A stretch of 56,117 bases of DNA from Octopus bimaculoides (Eukaryota). The DNA lies in the NCBI RefSeq assembly GCF_001194135.2, contig NC_068988.1:42596974-42653090 (forward strand), read 5' to 3'. Of this stretch, positions 11,865 to 23,059 are shown piece by piece. The stretch's first letter is position 1. The number at the start of each line of letters is the position of its first letter. The notes below the pieces were generated by a model. The model was not told the origin of the DNA. It saw only the letters and a list, made by a program, of their open reading frames with translations, and searched no databases. Both the position numbers and the translations under genes were made by a program.

Positions 11865-12075
11865 ATCATCATCATCATTTTAACGCCTTCTTTTCCATCC
11901 GCGCACTGTTTAAACAGAATTTGTTGAGGCAGAGTTTCCTGTCGCCAAACTTCCGGAGTTTCTAGGCAAGGTCATATTTCCCGTGGCCAGACATGTTTAT
12001 CGCGGAATATTGGAAATGAACGACACCACTTTCATGACGGTGACATTCGTTTAAAACTATCACATAATGTCAAAG
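11865..12075 (-). mobile_element. SINE/LINE 3' tail with (ATG)n end
   Basis: CATCATCATTTTAACG...GGAAATGAACGACACC; related copies at 14030-14230 (+), 23160-23370 (-), 34980-35180 (+) and 41090-41215 (+). Confidence 0.7.
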
Positions 12076-12117
12076 GAAGGAGGTAGTATCATATTCATAC
12101 ATATATGTGTGTGTAAG

Positions 12118-12265
12118 ACCGTGTGGTAAGAAGCTTGCTTCCCAATCACATGGTTCCGGGTTCAGTCCACTGAGTGGCACCTTAGGCAAGTGTCTTCTTC
12201 TATAGCTTTGGGCCTATCAAAGCTTTGAGTGGAATTGGTAGACAGAAACTGAAAGAAGCGCATCG
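12118..12265 (+). mobile_element. tRNA-SINE family A
   Basis: GTGTGGTAAGAAGCTTGCTTCCCAATCACATGGTTCCGGGTTCAGTCC (A/B-box-like) followed by CTTAGGCAAGTGTCTTC...GAAACTGAAAGAAGC. Other copies near 13835, 14828(-), 17155(-), 22130, 23395(-), 23885(-), 34820, 35680(-) and 40550(-). Confidence 0.85.
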
Positions 12266-12324
<59 letters not shown>

Positions 12325-12902
12325 NNNNNNNNNNNNNNNNNNNNNNNNNNNNNNNNNNNNNNNNNNNNNNNNNNNNNNNNNNNNNNNNNNNNNNNNNNNN
12401 NNNNNNNNNNNNNNNNNNNNNNNNNNNNNNNNNNNNNNNNNNNNNNNNNNNNNNNNNNNNNNNNNNNNNNNNNNNNNNNNNNNNNNNNNNNNNNNNNNNN
12501 NNNNNNNNNNNNNNNNNNNNNNNNNNNNNNNNNNNNNNNNNNNNNNNNNNNNNNNNNNNNNNNNNNNNNNNNNNNNNNNNNNNNNNNNNNNNNNNNNNNN
12601 NNNNNNNNNNNNNNNNNNNNNNNNNNNNNNNNNNNNNNNNNNNNNNNNNNNNNNNNNNNNNNNNNNNNNNNNNNNNNNNNNNNNNNNNNNNNNNNNNNNN
12701 NNNNNNNNNNNNNNNNNNNNNNNNNNNNNNNNNNNNNNNNNNNNNNNNNNNNNNNNNNNNNNNNNNNNNNNNNNNNNNNNNNNNNNNNNNNNNNNNNNNN
12801 NNNNNNNNNNNNNNNNNNNNNNNNNNNNNNNNNNNNNNNNNNNNNNNNNNNNNNNNNNNNNNNNNNNNNNNNNNNNNNNNNNNNNNNNNNNNNNNNNNNN
12901 NN

Positions 12903-12958
<56 letters not shown>

Positions 12959-13185
12959 AGAGTATTTTTCACGTAATCGTACCATGTTGCTAAATAGACT
13001 GGGTTTTCTATGGAGTGCTTTAGCTGCAAACACAGTTCGGTGATGGAATACATTGTTGTTCACCTTTGAATATAGCTTGGATATCTACCCTAGATACACC
13101 ACATCGTGTTGTCCAGTAATAAATTACTAAACAAATTAAAATAGATTCTATTACAGCTGATTTCTCATCTCATATTTGTATACTC

Positions 13186-13350
13186 GCCTGGCAGAATCGT
13201 TAGCACGCTGGGCAAAATGCTTATCGGCATTCCGTCATGTTCTAGGTTCAAATGCCACCAGGGTCGATTTTGACTTTCATTTAAGGGATCGATAAAATAA
13301 GTACCAGTTGAGCACTAGGGTCGATTTAGTCCCGTCCACAAAATTTGAAA
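13186..13350 (+). mobile_element. tRNA-SINE family B
   Basis: TGGCAGAATCGTTAGCAC...GGTTCAAAT...GGTCGA(C/T)TTTG(C/A)CTTTCAT...GATAAAATAAGTACCAG; shared with 16776(-), 36215(+), 45520(+, decayed) and 48187(-). Confidence 0.85.
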
Positions 13351-14229
13351 TCAGCATTTATATATACATATATGATCAATATCATTTTTCATCAATTTTT
13401 CCATACTCACATGGATTGGACTTCTTTAGCCCGCCTTGCTACGTGGCGGCAACTTTCTAATGCCTTGTACAAGCTTCCCCGTTCTATGATCACCCCTCAC
13501 TAACTCAGTCTTCTTTAATCCAACTATCATATTCCACAAGTATCATGTGTATATTAAGGCAGTATCATCTCTAGCACATCACTGCTGATTTCTCTGGTAC
13601 CTAGTTTTGCTGTCATTCATGTTCGATAATATTACACTCCAGCAGAATATGCTCACCTCAATTCTTTCCATTTCACAAATGTTCTAGAGATTTCTTTTGT
13701 TACCTGCAGAGGAAAAGCTCTCTAACCTTTTTTTTTTTTTTCCTTTTTCAACATGGTTCTTACTCTGGCTCTTACGCCTACATAACATATACTGCCACTA
13801 TTTAAAATATCACTTAGATAAATGATAGGTGCAGATATGGTTATGTGGTTAAGGAGTTTGCATCCCAATCACATTGCTTTGGGTTCAATCCCACTGTGTA
13901 ACACATTGTGCAAATATCTTTTACTATAGTCCTGAGCTAACCAAAGTTTGTAAGAGAACTTGATGAACAGAAACTAAAAGAAGCCTGTCGCACACACACA
14001 CACACACACATAAGTATATGTTACTGTCTTGTCTTCATATCATAGCATCACCTTCAAACAAGTAGTGTTCTTTGTTTCCAATCTTCCATGAAAACATCTG
14101 GTTGTGAGGAAATATTACCTTACTTAGAAACAGGTGATGGTTGACAACAGAAAGGGCATCTAGCTGTCAACAAAATCTACTATAAGAAATTTTATCTGAT
14201 CCATATGAAGTGGATGTTAAAACATTGAT

Positions 14230-14580
14230 GATGTAGCAGAAGCTGTCAACTATTAGGAAGTACAGAAAGGTTTTCATTTTTTTCGCTCTTACTTCTACTC
14301 TACATTTGCTATGTACAAAGTCCTCCTCCTCTCTTAGGCTGCCTGTGATCTCCACTTCATTGATTGTCTCCATACTTTACATTGAGTACCATCTAGAATT
14401 CTTACTTATCACCATACTGAGTATAGTCGTTTTTGAGAACACTGGCATCCGGCTTTCTGTCCTGTTAACTAAAACTTTTATCTTTGTTATGTTCACTCTA
14501 AGGACATCTGATTCTCAGCTCTGCCTCCACCTTATGAATCTGTATCCTTCTGACGTATTCAGCTTTGATTAGGTTAATGC
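14230..14580 (-). mobile_element. Highly decayed LINE (CR1/L2-like) RT C-terminal fragment
   Basis: Remnants resembling KxKVL...YLGxxIS...W...; many stops. Confidence 0.35.
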
Positions 14581-15187
14581 CATGGTGATGATGATGACCA
14601 CAAGACAGAAAAATTTAGCACATTTCATGGCAAACAAAATGCATGTTTTTCAGAAAAATGTGTCAAGAAACAAAAAAAAAAAAATCATTTCGGGCCCAGT
14701 AGCAAAGCTAAGATTTAATGTACTAAAAATTCTCTTCTTGAAAAGGTTCTATTGAAATTAGGGTGTGTGTGTGTCTTTCATGCTATCAAATATAATACAT
14801 TCACACACATACATATATATATATGGAACTAGCTTCTTTCATTTTCCATCTACAAAATCCACTCAGAAGGCTTTATAGCAGAAGACATTCACCCAAGGTG
14901 CTGCACAGTGGGACTGAATCTAAGGCAACATGATTAGGAAGTAAGTTTCTTAACCACATAGTCATGCCAACACCATGCGTATGTATGCATGCAAGTTTGC
15001 ATATGCTTGTGCTTGAGTTTCTTTAAAGATAATGAGCTACTAGCACTGATGATGAAATCAGTTCACATGTTAACAAATCATCCACTGGTTTTGTTCTTCC
15101 AAAAATGTGCGAAATAAGACATCCCTAACTAGAAAAACAGGTATGGGCTAATGATAGGAAGGGCATATATATATATATATACATACA

Positions 15188-15279
15188 TACAAGGGGTGTA
15201 TGAAAAGTCTTGAGCCTCAAAAAAACAAAACATGGTACAAGACTTCAAGGCTTAAAACTTTTCGTACACACCCCTCATA
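15188..15279. mobile_element. Mini Tc1/mariner-type MITE (about 90 bp)
   Basis: TA-CAAGGGGTGTATGAAAAGTCTTGAGCCT ... AGGCTTAAAACTTTTCGTACACACCCCTCA-TA: about 30-bp TIRs with TA flanks. Confidence 0.75.
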
Positions 15280-16124
15280 TATATCTATACATATAAATTT
15301 GATATGGGCGATTCTTTCTTGTCTTGGGATTCACGGTCAAACGGCTGGGTGGAATTGCGCGAAACATTACACAGATGTGTAGAATAATGACCCGGTGGTG
15401 ATGTTGGGCTTTGTATTTTTTCACAGCTCTCATGGTTGCCGAGATAATCTACTATAATAATACTCTTGTGGTTATGAATGAGAAAGAAAGGGGTGATAGA
15501 TGAATAAGGAAGGAAGAGGTGATGTCATACTTGCTAGTGGGATGATGAAAATTGTACGCTGAAAAAATAAATCAAACAGCGTTTCAACTCTATGTGAATA
15601 TATGTGTATGTAAAAGGGGTTATGTGAATGTGTGCGTGCGTGCGCGCAAGCGCAATGGAAGTGGGATGGTTCATCTTTCTTCGCTTAGTATTTGGGTTTA
15701 TTTTTTGATTTGGTTGAATCTTGGTTGTTTTTTTTTGTTATTGGTCAATTATTTTTAGCGTTTTGACAGAAAAATTCATTCTAAAATTGATTTAATGTAA
15801 GCATGCCCAAACAAGTCAAATGCTTACACAGAGCAGGTTTTACAGCCACATCATCATCCTAACCAACCGGGCTTAGCTGCTAGTATATATATAAATTTAA
15901 TTTGATTCCTGATAAACTCATGTTTATCTTTGTCACTGCCTGTAACCTATGAGCATAATATGCTTGCATATGTATGCCCAGGGTTAACATAGGTAATTAC
16001 ACCAGTAGTAAAACAGATATTTTTATCCCTTAGATAGTTATTCCAACTTCTAACTCTACTAACCTATATATATATTACGGAGATGTACTTATGGCTTATA
16101 AACACCTTCCATGCTGCAATTGTT

Positions 16125-16175
<51 letters not shown>

Positions 16176-16441
16176 AATATGGATACAATTTCATTTTCAT
16201 TCACATCAGCTTTTTCAGCTCGATAACACTCCTGTTGCTAATCCTTATCTGTTTTTGCTTTTTTTTTTTTTCAAGTTTGAGATCTCTTATCCTACAAGTC
16301 TTCAAAGGCACAAAACCAGTAGACAATTTATTGTAGCTCACAAATTTTGGAGGAGAAAATGGTAGCTAACACAGACATACACATGACTGCACACGCACAC
16401 ACAAACATGACAAGCTTCTTTTAGTTTTGGTTCATCAAATC

Positions 16442-17148
16442 GGTGTAAACCTGGTTTTTAAGCACCCCATGTAACTCTTCATAACTTTATCTTTTTAGAA
16501 TTTTCAGGAAACTTTTGCAAATCTGTGTTCTACACACAGGAATTCATATAACTGTGCAAAAAAGGTTCCACCTTTTTTGGAAATTTTCTTAAAATCAGAG
16601 TTCAAAACACAGACAATCTGATTTTTTTGGCTTAAATCCCAGCAATGGACCACCCTTGGGTGCATCATCATTCCATTAAATGAGTTTATGGGGAGAAAAA
16701 TATTGGTCTCAAATTTTGGCATAAGACCAACAGCTTTGGGGTGGACTATGTCAATTAAATCAACCCTAGTGTTCAACCGGTACTTATTTTATTGACCCTG
16801 AGAGGATGAAAGGCAAAGTCAACCATGGAGGAATTTGAACTCAGAACGTGAACATAGATAAAATACCACTAAGCATTTTGTCTGCCATGCTAACAATTCT
16901 GCCAGCTGGACACCTTCTGGGGAGAAAAATATTGACAAACAAATGAGGACGGTATCAGATGATCATGAGATGTGCTAAAAATAACAGCTAAATCACCCTT
17001 AAATCACACACAAAAACTTTTTTCCATGATTGTATGAATTTTCGTGCATAGAACACGAATTCGCAAAACTTACCTGAAAATTCCCCAAATAAAAAAAAAA
17101 AAAACTTATGAGGGGTTATATGGAGTGTTTATACCAGAATTTAAACCT
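16442..17148. mobile_element. Long-TIR MITE with a nested family B SINE (16776-16915)
   Basis: 16442-16560 and 17030-17148 are reverse complements (AATTTTCAGG..TTTTGC.AAT..GTGTTCTA..CAC..AATTCATA). Confidence 0.75.
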
Positions 17149-17543
17149 CAATTCTATTGACAAGGCTTTGGTCAACCTTGGGCTATAGTCGAACACTACA
17201 GGTGCCATATAGTGGAAGAAAACAAGAAACCATGTGGCTGGAAGTAAACTTCTTAAACCACAGAACCATGACTGTGTTAATAAGAGATGACCTCAGAATG
17301 ATTTGAATACCGAACAGAAATCACACAAACGAACACCATGAAGGAATTTGTGAGATGTAACAAGAGGAAATAACAAATAAAAAAATTTATATATATATAA
17401 AAAAAAAAACACCAAAGTCCTTTTATTTTCTTTTTTGTTCAGCTTTGCTTACCTCATTTAATGAAAACAACAATATATACCCAATATAGAAGATTAAAAA
17501 GTTTGATGGGTGTGGTACGTGTATAAATGTGTGTGTGTGCATG

Positions 17544-17590
<47 letters not shown>

Positions 17591-17861
17591 ATGCATGCGT
17601 GTGTGTGTAGACCTATCTTTGTGTGTAAACATGTNNNNNNNNNNTATATATATATATATATATATATATCTTAATATACACAGACCATTATGTGTGCAAG
17701 TATGATGTCATGCAAGTCTGTATTCATACATTATATGTATAAAGATGTGTTCAGGACAGTTGCAGAAGTAAAAGTAGGGAAGGAATGAAGAAAAAAAAGG
17801 CACAAATTAATGTTTTTCACAAGCCTGTGTTTGTGCATCTATGTATATATAAATATGTATA

Positions 17862-17903
<42 letters not shown>

Positions 17904-19231
17904 NNNNNNNNNNNNNNNNNNNNNNNNNNNNNNNNNNNNNNNNNNNNNNNNNNNNNNNNNNNNNNNNNNNNNNNNNNNNNNNNNNNNNNNNNNNNNNNNN
18001 NNNATGTTAAATGATCAAGATGATGAGGGAAGGATGAAAGGCAAATTTGACCTAGATAGAATATGAATCAGAAAGTAAATAACACAAAATATTTTTTCTT
18101 CAGTCAACAGACTCTGTTATCCAACTCTAATGGCATTTTCCCCCTCTCTTTTTTGTTACATATTAACATAGATGACAAGGGTTTATGTTTAGAAAGTAAA
18201 TGAACCTTCAGAAACATGCATTAATATTTTTTAATTAAAAATTGCTTCCTATTAATATAATACAAATAATATATGTCTCTAGATCTTGTTAGGGCTACCA
18301 AGAGAAAGGGCTATTAGTACTTAATCCTGGTTTCATGAAACAGTTAAGAGATAGATCTCTACCTGGATCAGTCACTATTCTATCATGGTTACCCGGCCTT
18401 CAGTTTATTTGAAAGCTATTCCTGCTACAGTTCAGTGAACTGGCTGAAGAAATATAGACTAGTGTTCTGTCCCAGAAACAATGTGCCACATGAATAGGAT
18501 GCCAGTCCCTCGCAGGTGTAACATAGTACCTATTTCTAGTGCCATTCAGGTGAACTGAGGCAATACAGAATAAAGTGTTCAACACTAGAAACAAATGCAG
18601 CAAAAGCACATGTAATTAATTGGAACTTGAGATCCATGAACACATAAGTAGTCTACTAAATCCCAAAACAAAAAAACATTTAAATCTCAACAGCTTAGTC
18701 CATCCAACTGTAAGCAAGTACCACAACATTTATAGCTCTAACCAGTGGAATCCTAGCTAAATGGAACTTGCACCCAAATGTTAAGAGCCATCTTAAACAT
18801 ATCTTGGAGAACTCATTCCACAAAAAAAAAATAGCTGTATGGAGATCTCCTGCCTGTTTCCACCATTATAAAGGAAAGGTGTTTGTGCTTTGTGGGACAT
18901 TACTGGCAAGCTAAACAAAAGCTGGCAAGTGACTACTGCTATGGATGCCAAAGTATGGTCATACTCAAGCATATTGTTCAACTATAACATATGTAGATCA
19001 AATTACCAGAGAGACTTGATGCCTCTCTGAAGACCTCTGTAAACTAATACAGGTCCAAGATGTATGGTGCATGGGGGTGAAAAATGTCCGAGTTAGTTCA
19101 ACCATATTATGATAATGAACTAGTGGCAGCACTGCAAAATTGAAAGTACTAGGTTCAACTTGACTTGTGATAAAGTTATGCAATAGGTCAGCATTTCATT
19201 CATTCAGATTTATCTTGTAAGCTTCACACAT

Positions 19232-19460
19232 TTAACACTTTCGTTACCACATTTATTTTGAGATGCTCTGTGTTTCTTTCAGTTAATTTTAAATATAACA
19301 AAGAATTTAGTAAAATAACTTAGTTGTCATTAAGCTAATGTTAGGAGCATAAATTGTGACTAAGGTTTGGTGGAAAATTTGATTTAAAACTTATGAAAAC
19401 AAGACATTTGTAAAACAGAGCCAGAGGCAGTTTCAGCTAGGTTGGTATCAAAAGGGTCAA
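19232..19460. mobile_element. piggyBac-type MITE
   Basis: TTAA-CACTTTCGTTACC ... GGTATCAAAAGGG-TCAA: decayed CCCTTT TIRs with TTAA-like flanks. Confidence 0.75.
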
Positions 19461-19599
19461 TTGTCCCAGGAAGACATGGCACAAAGTGAGAAAAGATCTT
19501 GAGGAAATGACAAGGTACCGGGAGTTATGGCCATTTGCTGTACTTGAGAAGATGTGTCAAACTAAGTAAAATGGCAATCGTTCATACATACAGGCATTG

Positions 19600-19850
19600 C
19601 ACCTTTACAGGTGCAATGCCATATAAAATGCACTTGTGCTGGTGTTATGTAAATGCACCGGTGATGGTGGCACATAGAAAACATCAGACACACCCTGTGA
19701 AGTGGTAGGTATTAGGAAGGGCATCCAGCCATAGAAGCCATGCCAAAACAGACAATTGGAATCTGGACAGCTCCTTGAGTGGAAGCTATCAAACCATCTA
19801 ACTCATACCAGAATGGAAAAAGATGTTTGATGATGATGATGATGACGATG
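19600..19850 (+). mobile_element. RTE-type 3' tail repeat
   Basis: TAGGAAGGGCATCCAGC...CATGCCAAAACAGAC...(GAT)n; copies near 25490, 27715, 30160(-), 38095 and 42290. Confidence 0.8.
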
Positions 19851-20259
19851 ATATACTTGTGTTTCTGGGATGGATTTTTTTAAAGCAATTGTTTTCCCAG
19901 CTGGATGATGTCCCTTCATATCATTTGTAGAGAGTGGAACCTGATTATACACCAAAGTAGAGCGTATTATGTACTTTACTCAAGAGTTATTGTTAAATCC
20001 CACATCAGTCCAGATTGATCTGATCTATGATCAAACAAAAGTGGTCCACCTGTTACCATCCTGTCTATTTTTCAGATTTGCGATTTATAGGACAACATTT
20101 TCCAGTTGTACTTTTTCTGTTGTCAGAGTAAAACAGCAGAGTAGTTGTGGCAGCTATTTCTATCAGGTAAAGGATTGATATTGCAGTTCTATATTTGAGA
20201 GATGAGGAATTGTGTACATTATTTACATTTGACAGATATTTGCCCTCATTTTGTTTGTT

Positions 20260-20305
20260 AATACAACATTTCAGCTGAAGTACTCTCCAGCCTTCATCAG
20301 GTGTT
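20260..20305 (-). ncRNA. Minimal type I hammerhead ribozyme (Penelope type)
   Basis: AACAC-CUGAUGA-A-GGCUG(GAGAGUACUU)CAGCU-GAAA-UGUU-GUAUU: intact core, 5-bp stem II, stem I with one mismatch, near-palindromic minimal stem III. Confidence 0.75.
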
Positions 20306-20376
20306 CTGTAGGAATTTCGAACCTGGGTTTTCATTCTTAAGGTATTTTTCTGATGTTATTATTATTATTATTATTC

Positions 20377-20447
20377 AGGTCACTGCCTGGAATTGAACTT
20401 GGAATTTTGGGGTTAATAGCCTGCGCTCTTAATCACTATGCCATATG
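20377..20447 (-). promoter_or_regulatory. tRNA-like segment with Pol III A/B boxes inside the Penelope terminal repeat
   Basis: TGGCATAGTGATTAAGAGCG ... AGTTCAATTCC followed by (AAT)n. A deleted inverted copy lies at 21415-21475. Confidence 0.6.
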
Positions 20448-22419
20448 CATGTGGGCAATTATGGAGTGAATTTTAGGGCTTATTAATCTAATATTTTCAT
20501 ATCATTTCCTTAATACCAGTTTCCATATGCTACTCATATCTGCACTAAGTCTGCTTAGGAAGTTATTATGTCCTAGCATATGTGCTGCCTCTTAGTTTTC
20601 ATATTTTCCAGTGGTGTTCACTGTCTATTATTTTAATTTAATCCCACAGTGGGAGGTGGCCTCCGTTTCCCATACATGATTAGCTATACCCGATTTATCA
20701 ATATTTCCTCGTCTCACAGCTTTGCAATGTTCCTCTACCCTTATTTTGAGGGGGTGGCATGTTTTGCCTTTGTATAACCTACCACATCTGCATGGGATGG
20801 AGTACATACAGTCTTTGGTCATATTCTTTTCTATATCTTCGAAGGAGATATTTGCAAAGTATATTACTCTTGAATACAGTCCTGCTGTCATATGGGTCAC
20901 GTGCCTTTTGTATCTTTTTGGAGAGGCCTTTCACACAGGGTAGACAGATTGTGGTCAGTTTATGGGTACCATCCTCTCTTCTCTTCATAATTGGAGTGGA
21001 TAGTATGTTTTTGGGGTAGCTGTTGCTTAATAGATTGTTACTTAGCTTGATCATTTCTTCATGGTATGTATCAGGATCGCTACTTATATTCTTTGCTTGA
21101 TGTTTTATGCACTGAGCAATCCCTCTCTTTACACTGTATGGATGGTGGGAATTGAAGTTGAGGTATCGTCCATTGAAGGTTGGCTTGCAGTATACGGATG
21201 TCCTGGATCCATACTTGGTGCATGTTATTAATACATCCAGGAATGCTAGCTGATTGTCTTTTTCCTTTTCCATTGTGAACTGTATGGATGGCTTTATTGA
21301 GTTAAGCAGACCTAGTGCAGATATGAGTAGCATATGGGAACCAGTATTAAGGAAGGACAGGAAAATATTAAATTTATAAGCCCTAAAATTCACGCCATAA
21401 TTGCTAACAGGCATATGGCAGAGTACTAACCCCAAGATTCGAGTTCGATTCCAGGCAGTGACCTGAATCATAATACTAACAACATCAGAAAAATACCTTA
21501 GGAATGAGAACCCAGGTTTGAAATTCCCCCAGGACACCTGATGAAGGCTGGAGAGGATTGATATGTCGTTCAATAGTGATACACAATGTTTGGAAGTATT
21601 AAGATTTGAACTCATGAACATGTGGTTAGTATTCCAGCCCTTGAACCTAACACTAAGTAAACGATAGACACACTGACTCCAAAGATTCGTGAACATATGG
21701 AAGAAAATCAAAAGGTAAAAAAATATTGGTTTCAGACATAATGTATCTGGTTATTAAGCCACATTTTCTTTACTCAAAAAATAGGTGTGAAAAATCACAT
21801 ATGTCTTTTCTACCAAACCTTATTCTGGATTTGAAATCCACATCATACAATAAGACTAAGACACACACTAGCAAGTGATTGAATACGTCACGTTACAACA
21901 CAGTCTGTATCAAAATTGGTGTTTCAAACAAATTTAAGCTGATGCCTTCTCACATGTAAACAAAAAAATGACTTCCACTGTGTGAAATATCTATAGACAG
22001 TTCTCTATAGCCAGCTGTTATTCCCACTAGATACCATACATATTCCCAATTCATAAAGACTGGAAATTCAAAGGCACTGATATTCTGTGTTCCAGGCATA
22101 GATCATGAAAACACATTGTTATATCTATGGTTCCAAGACCTTGTTAGATGGTATTGGTAAACAGAAACTGAAAGAAGACTACCATATATATATAGATATA
22201 GATATATACATGTGTATCTTTGTGCCTGCGTTTTTATCCCCATTAACTTAGCAGTTTAGCAAAAGAGACTGATAGAATAAGCACCTGGCTTAAAAAGAAA
22301 ATAAGTACTGGGGCTGATTAGTTTGACTAAAATCCCCCAGCATGGCCGCAGTCTAATGACTGAAACAAGTAAAAGAAAGATATATCAACATTTCATTAAA
22401 AACATTAATGATTATATAC

Positions 22420-22761
22420 GAGAGGTTCTCAACCATTTCCTTTTCATTTATGGACCCCTCTGATTCCTATTTTATTCTGGTCAATCCCCATAGCCATTCG
22501 ATATTTACAAACTAGTTCTATAGAAACTTCTTTCAAAATTCCTATTTTGTTTTTCATATGTTAATATGTGTAGGTCAAACTATGTAAAACGTTAGAGAGA
22601 AAAACCTAGCTGTTTCTTGCAATACATACATCTAAAGCAAAATTTTTGCAGGGGACTTTAAAATACTGTTGTCGATTCCCAATTTACTATTTTGTTGTAT
22701 GGACCCCCAAAATCTTATATAGATCCTCAGGGGCCATATGGACCCTGGTTGAGAACTACTG
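22420..22761. mobile_element. hAT (Charlie/MER-type) MITE
   Basis: GAGAGGTTCTCAACC ... GGTTGAGAACTACTG TIRs; right flank CTCTAGAT is a typical hAT target. Confidence 0.8.
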
Positions 22762-22812
22762 CTCTAGATACCTTACATCTGAAAGTTCAATCTAGTATCA
22801 GAGTTTCCTTAC

Positions 22813-23059
22813 CTTTAGCAAGAATTAAGCATGCTTCATCCGTTTGCATGTTCCTGAGAGAGAACATGGCTCGATAACGAGTATATATAGGCAGTGATTC
22901 ATCCAGCAGCATCTTCTCCAATTTCACCAAGTCTTGGCATTCAGCAGGTGGTGCAGGATCAATAGAATTGTATGGATTTTTGGACAAGTTTTTCTTGTGA
23001 CGATCTGAGCCATGTAACCACCTGATTCGTTGTATGGCTAATTGACACGTATGAGCAAG
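22813..23059 (-). CDS. DOHH: DOHH coding exon 3 (247 nt, LAHTCQLAIQRI...NPYNSIDPAPP...YTRYRAMFSLRN...LILAK)
   Basis: Acceptor TCTCTTTTTCATCCAG|CTT and donor AAG|GTAAG. Phase 0 in, phase 1 out. Contains the DOHH motifs TCQLA, PYxSxDPAPP and RYRAMFxLRN. Confidence 0.95.

Larger units (their letters stand above)
20205..21560 (-). mobile_element. Penelope-like element: terminal repeat, GIY-YIG, RT C-terminus, and an inverted partial terminal repeat
   Basis: LNSIKPSIQFTMEKEKDNQLAFLDVLI...SVYCKPTFNGRYLNFNSHHP..VKRGI and CMYSIPCRCGRLYKGKT...IRVEEH...KSGIANHVW. 21305-21556 is the reverse complement of about 20284-20550. Confidence 0.92.

Noticed and set aside
15290-15445. Minus-strand frame NHESCEKIQ... 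as the missing DOHH exon
   Set aside because: Only ESCE matches. There is no VVR before it, no VALD after it and no HE motifs upstream.
17069-17080. CAG|GTAAG donor-like site (minus) and the mirrored TTTTCAG acceptor-like site at about 16500 (plus)
   Set aside because: Both are parts of the TIRs of one MITE, with no coding exon attached.
18793-18981. NNMLEYDH resembling the DOHH LDMxEYE tail
   Set aside because: The flanking frame has upstream stops and no similarity to DOHH.
19455-19500. Minus-strand VFLGQL as the missing DOHH exon
   Set aside because: No preceding RHE motif; the sequence is an RTE fragment next to a piggyBac MITE.
20377-20447. tRNA gene
   Set aside because: No complete acceptor stem, and it is embedded in a repeat terminus; treated as a tRNA-derived promoter. 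All other A/B-box hits are SINE heads.
20779-21711. 310-aa ORF as an intact gene
   Set aside because: Its N-terminal part reads through the inverted terminal repeat and flank. Only the C-terminal part is Penelope RT, and it frameshifts before the GIY-YIG domain.
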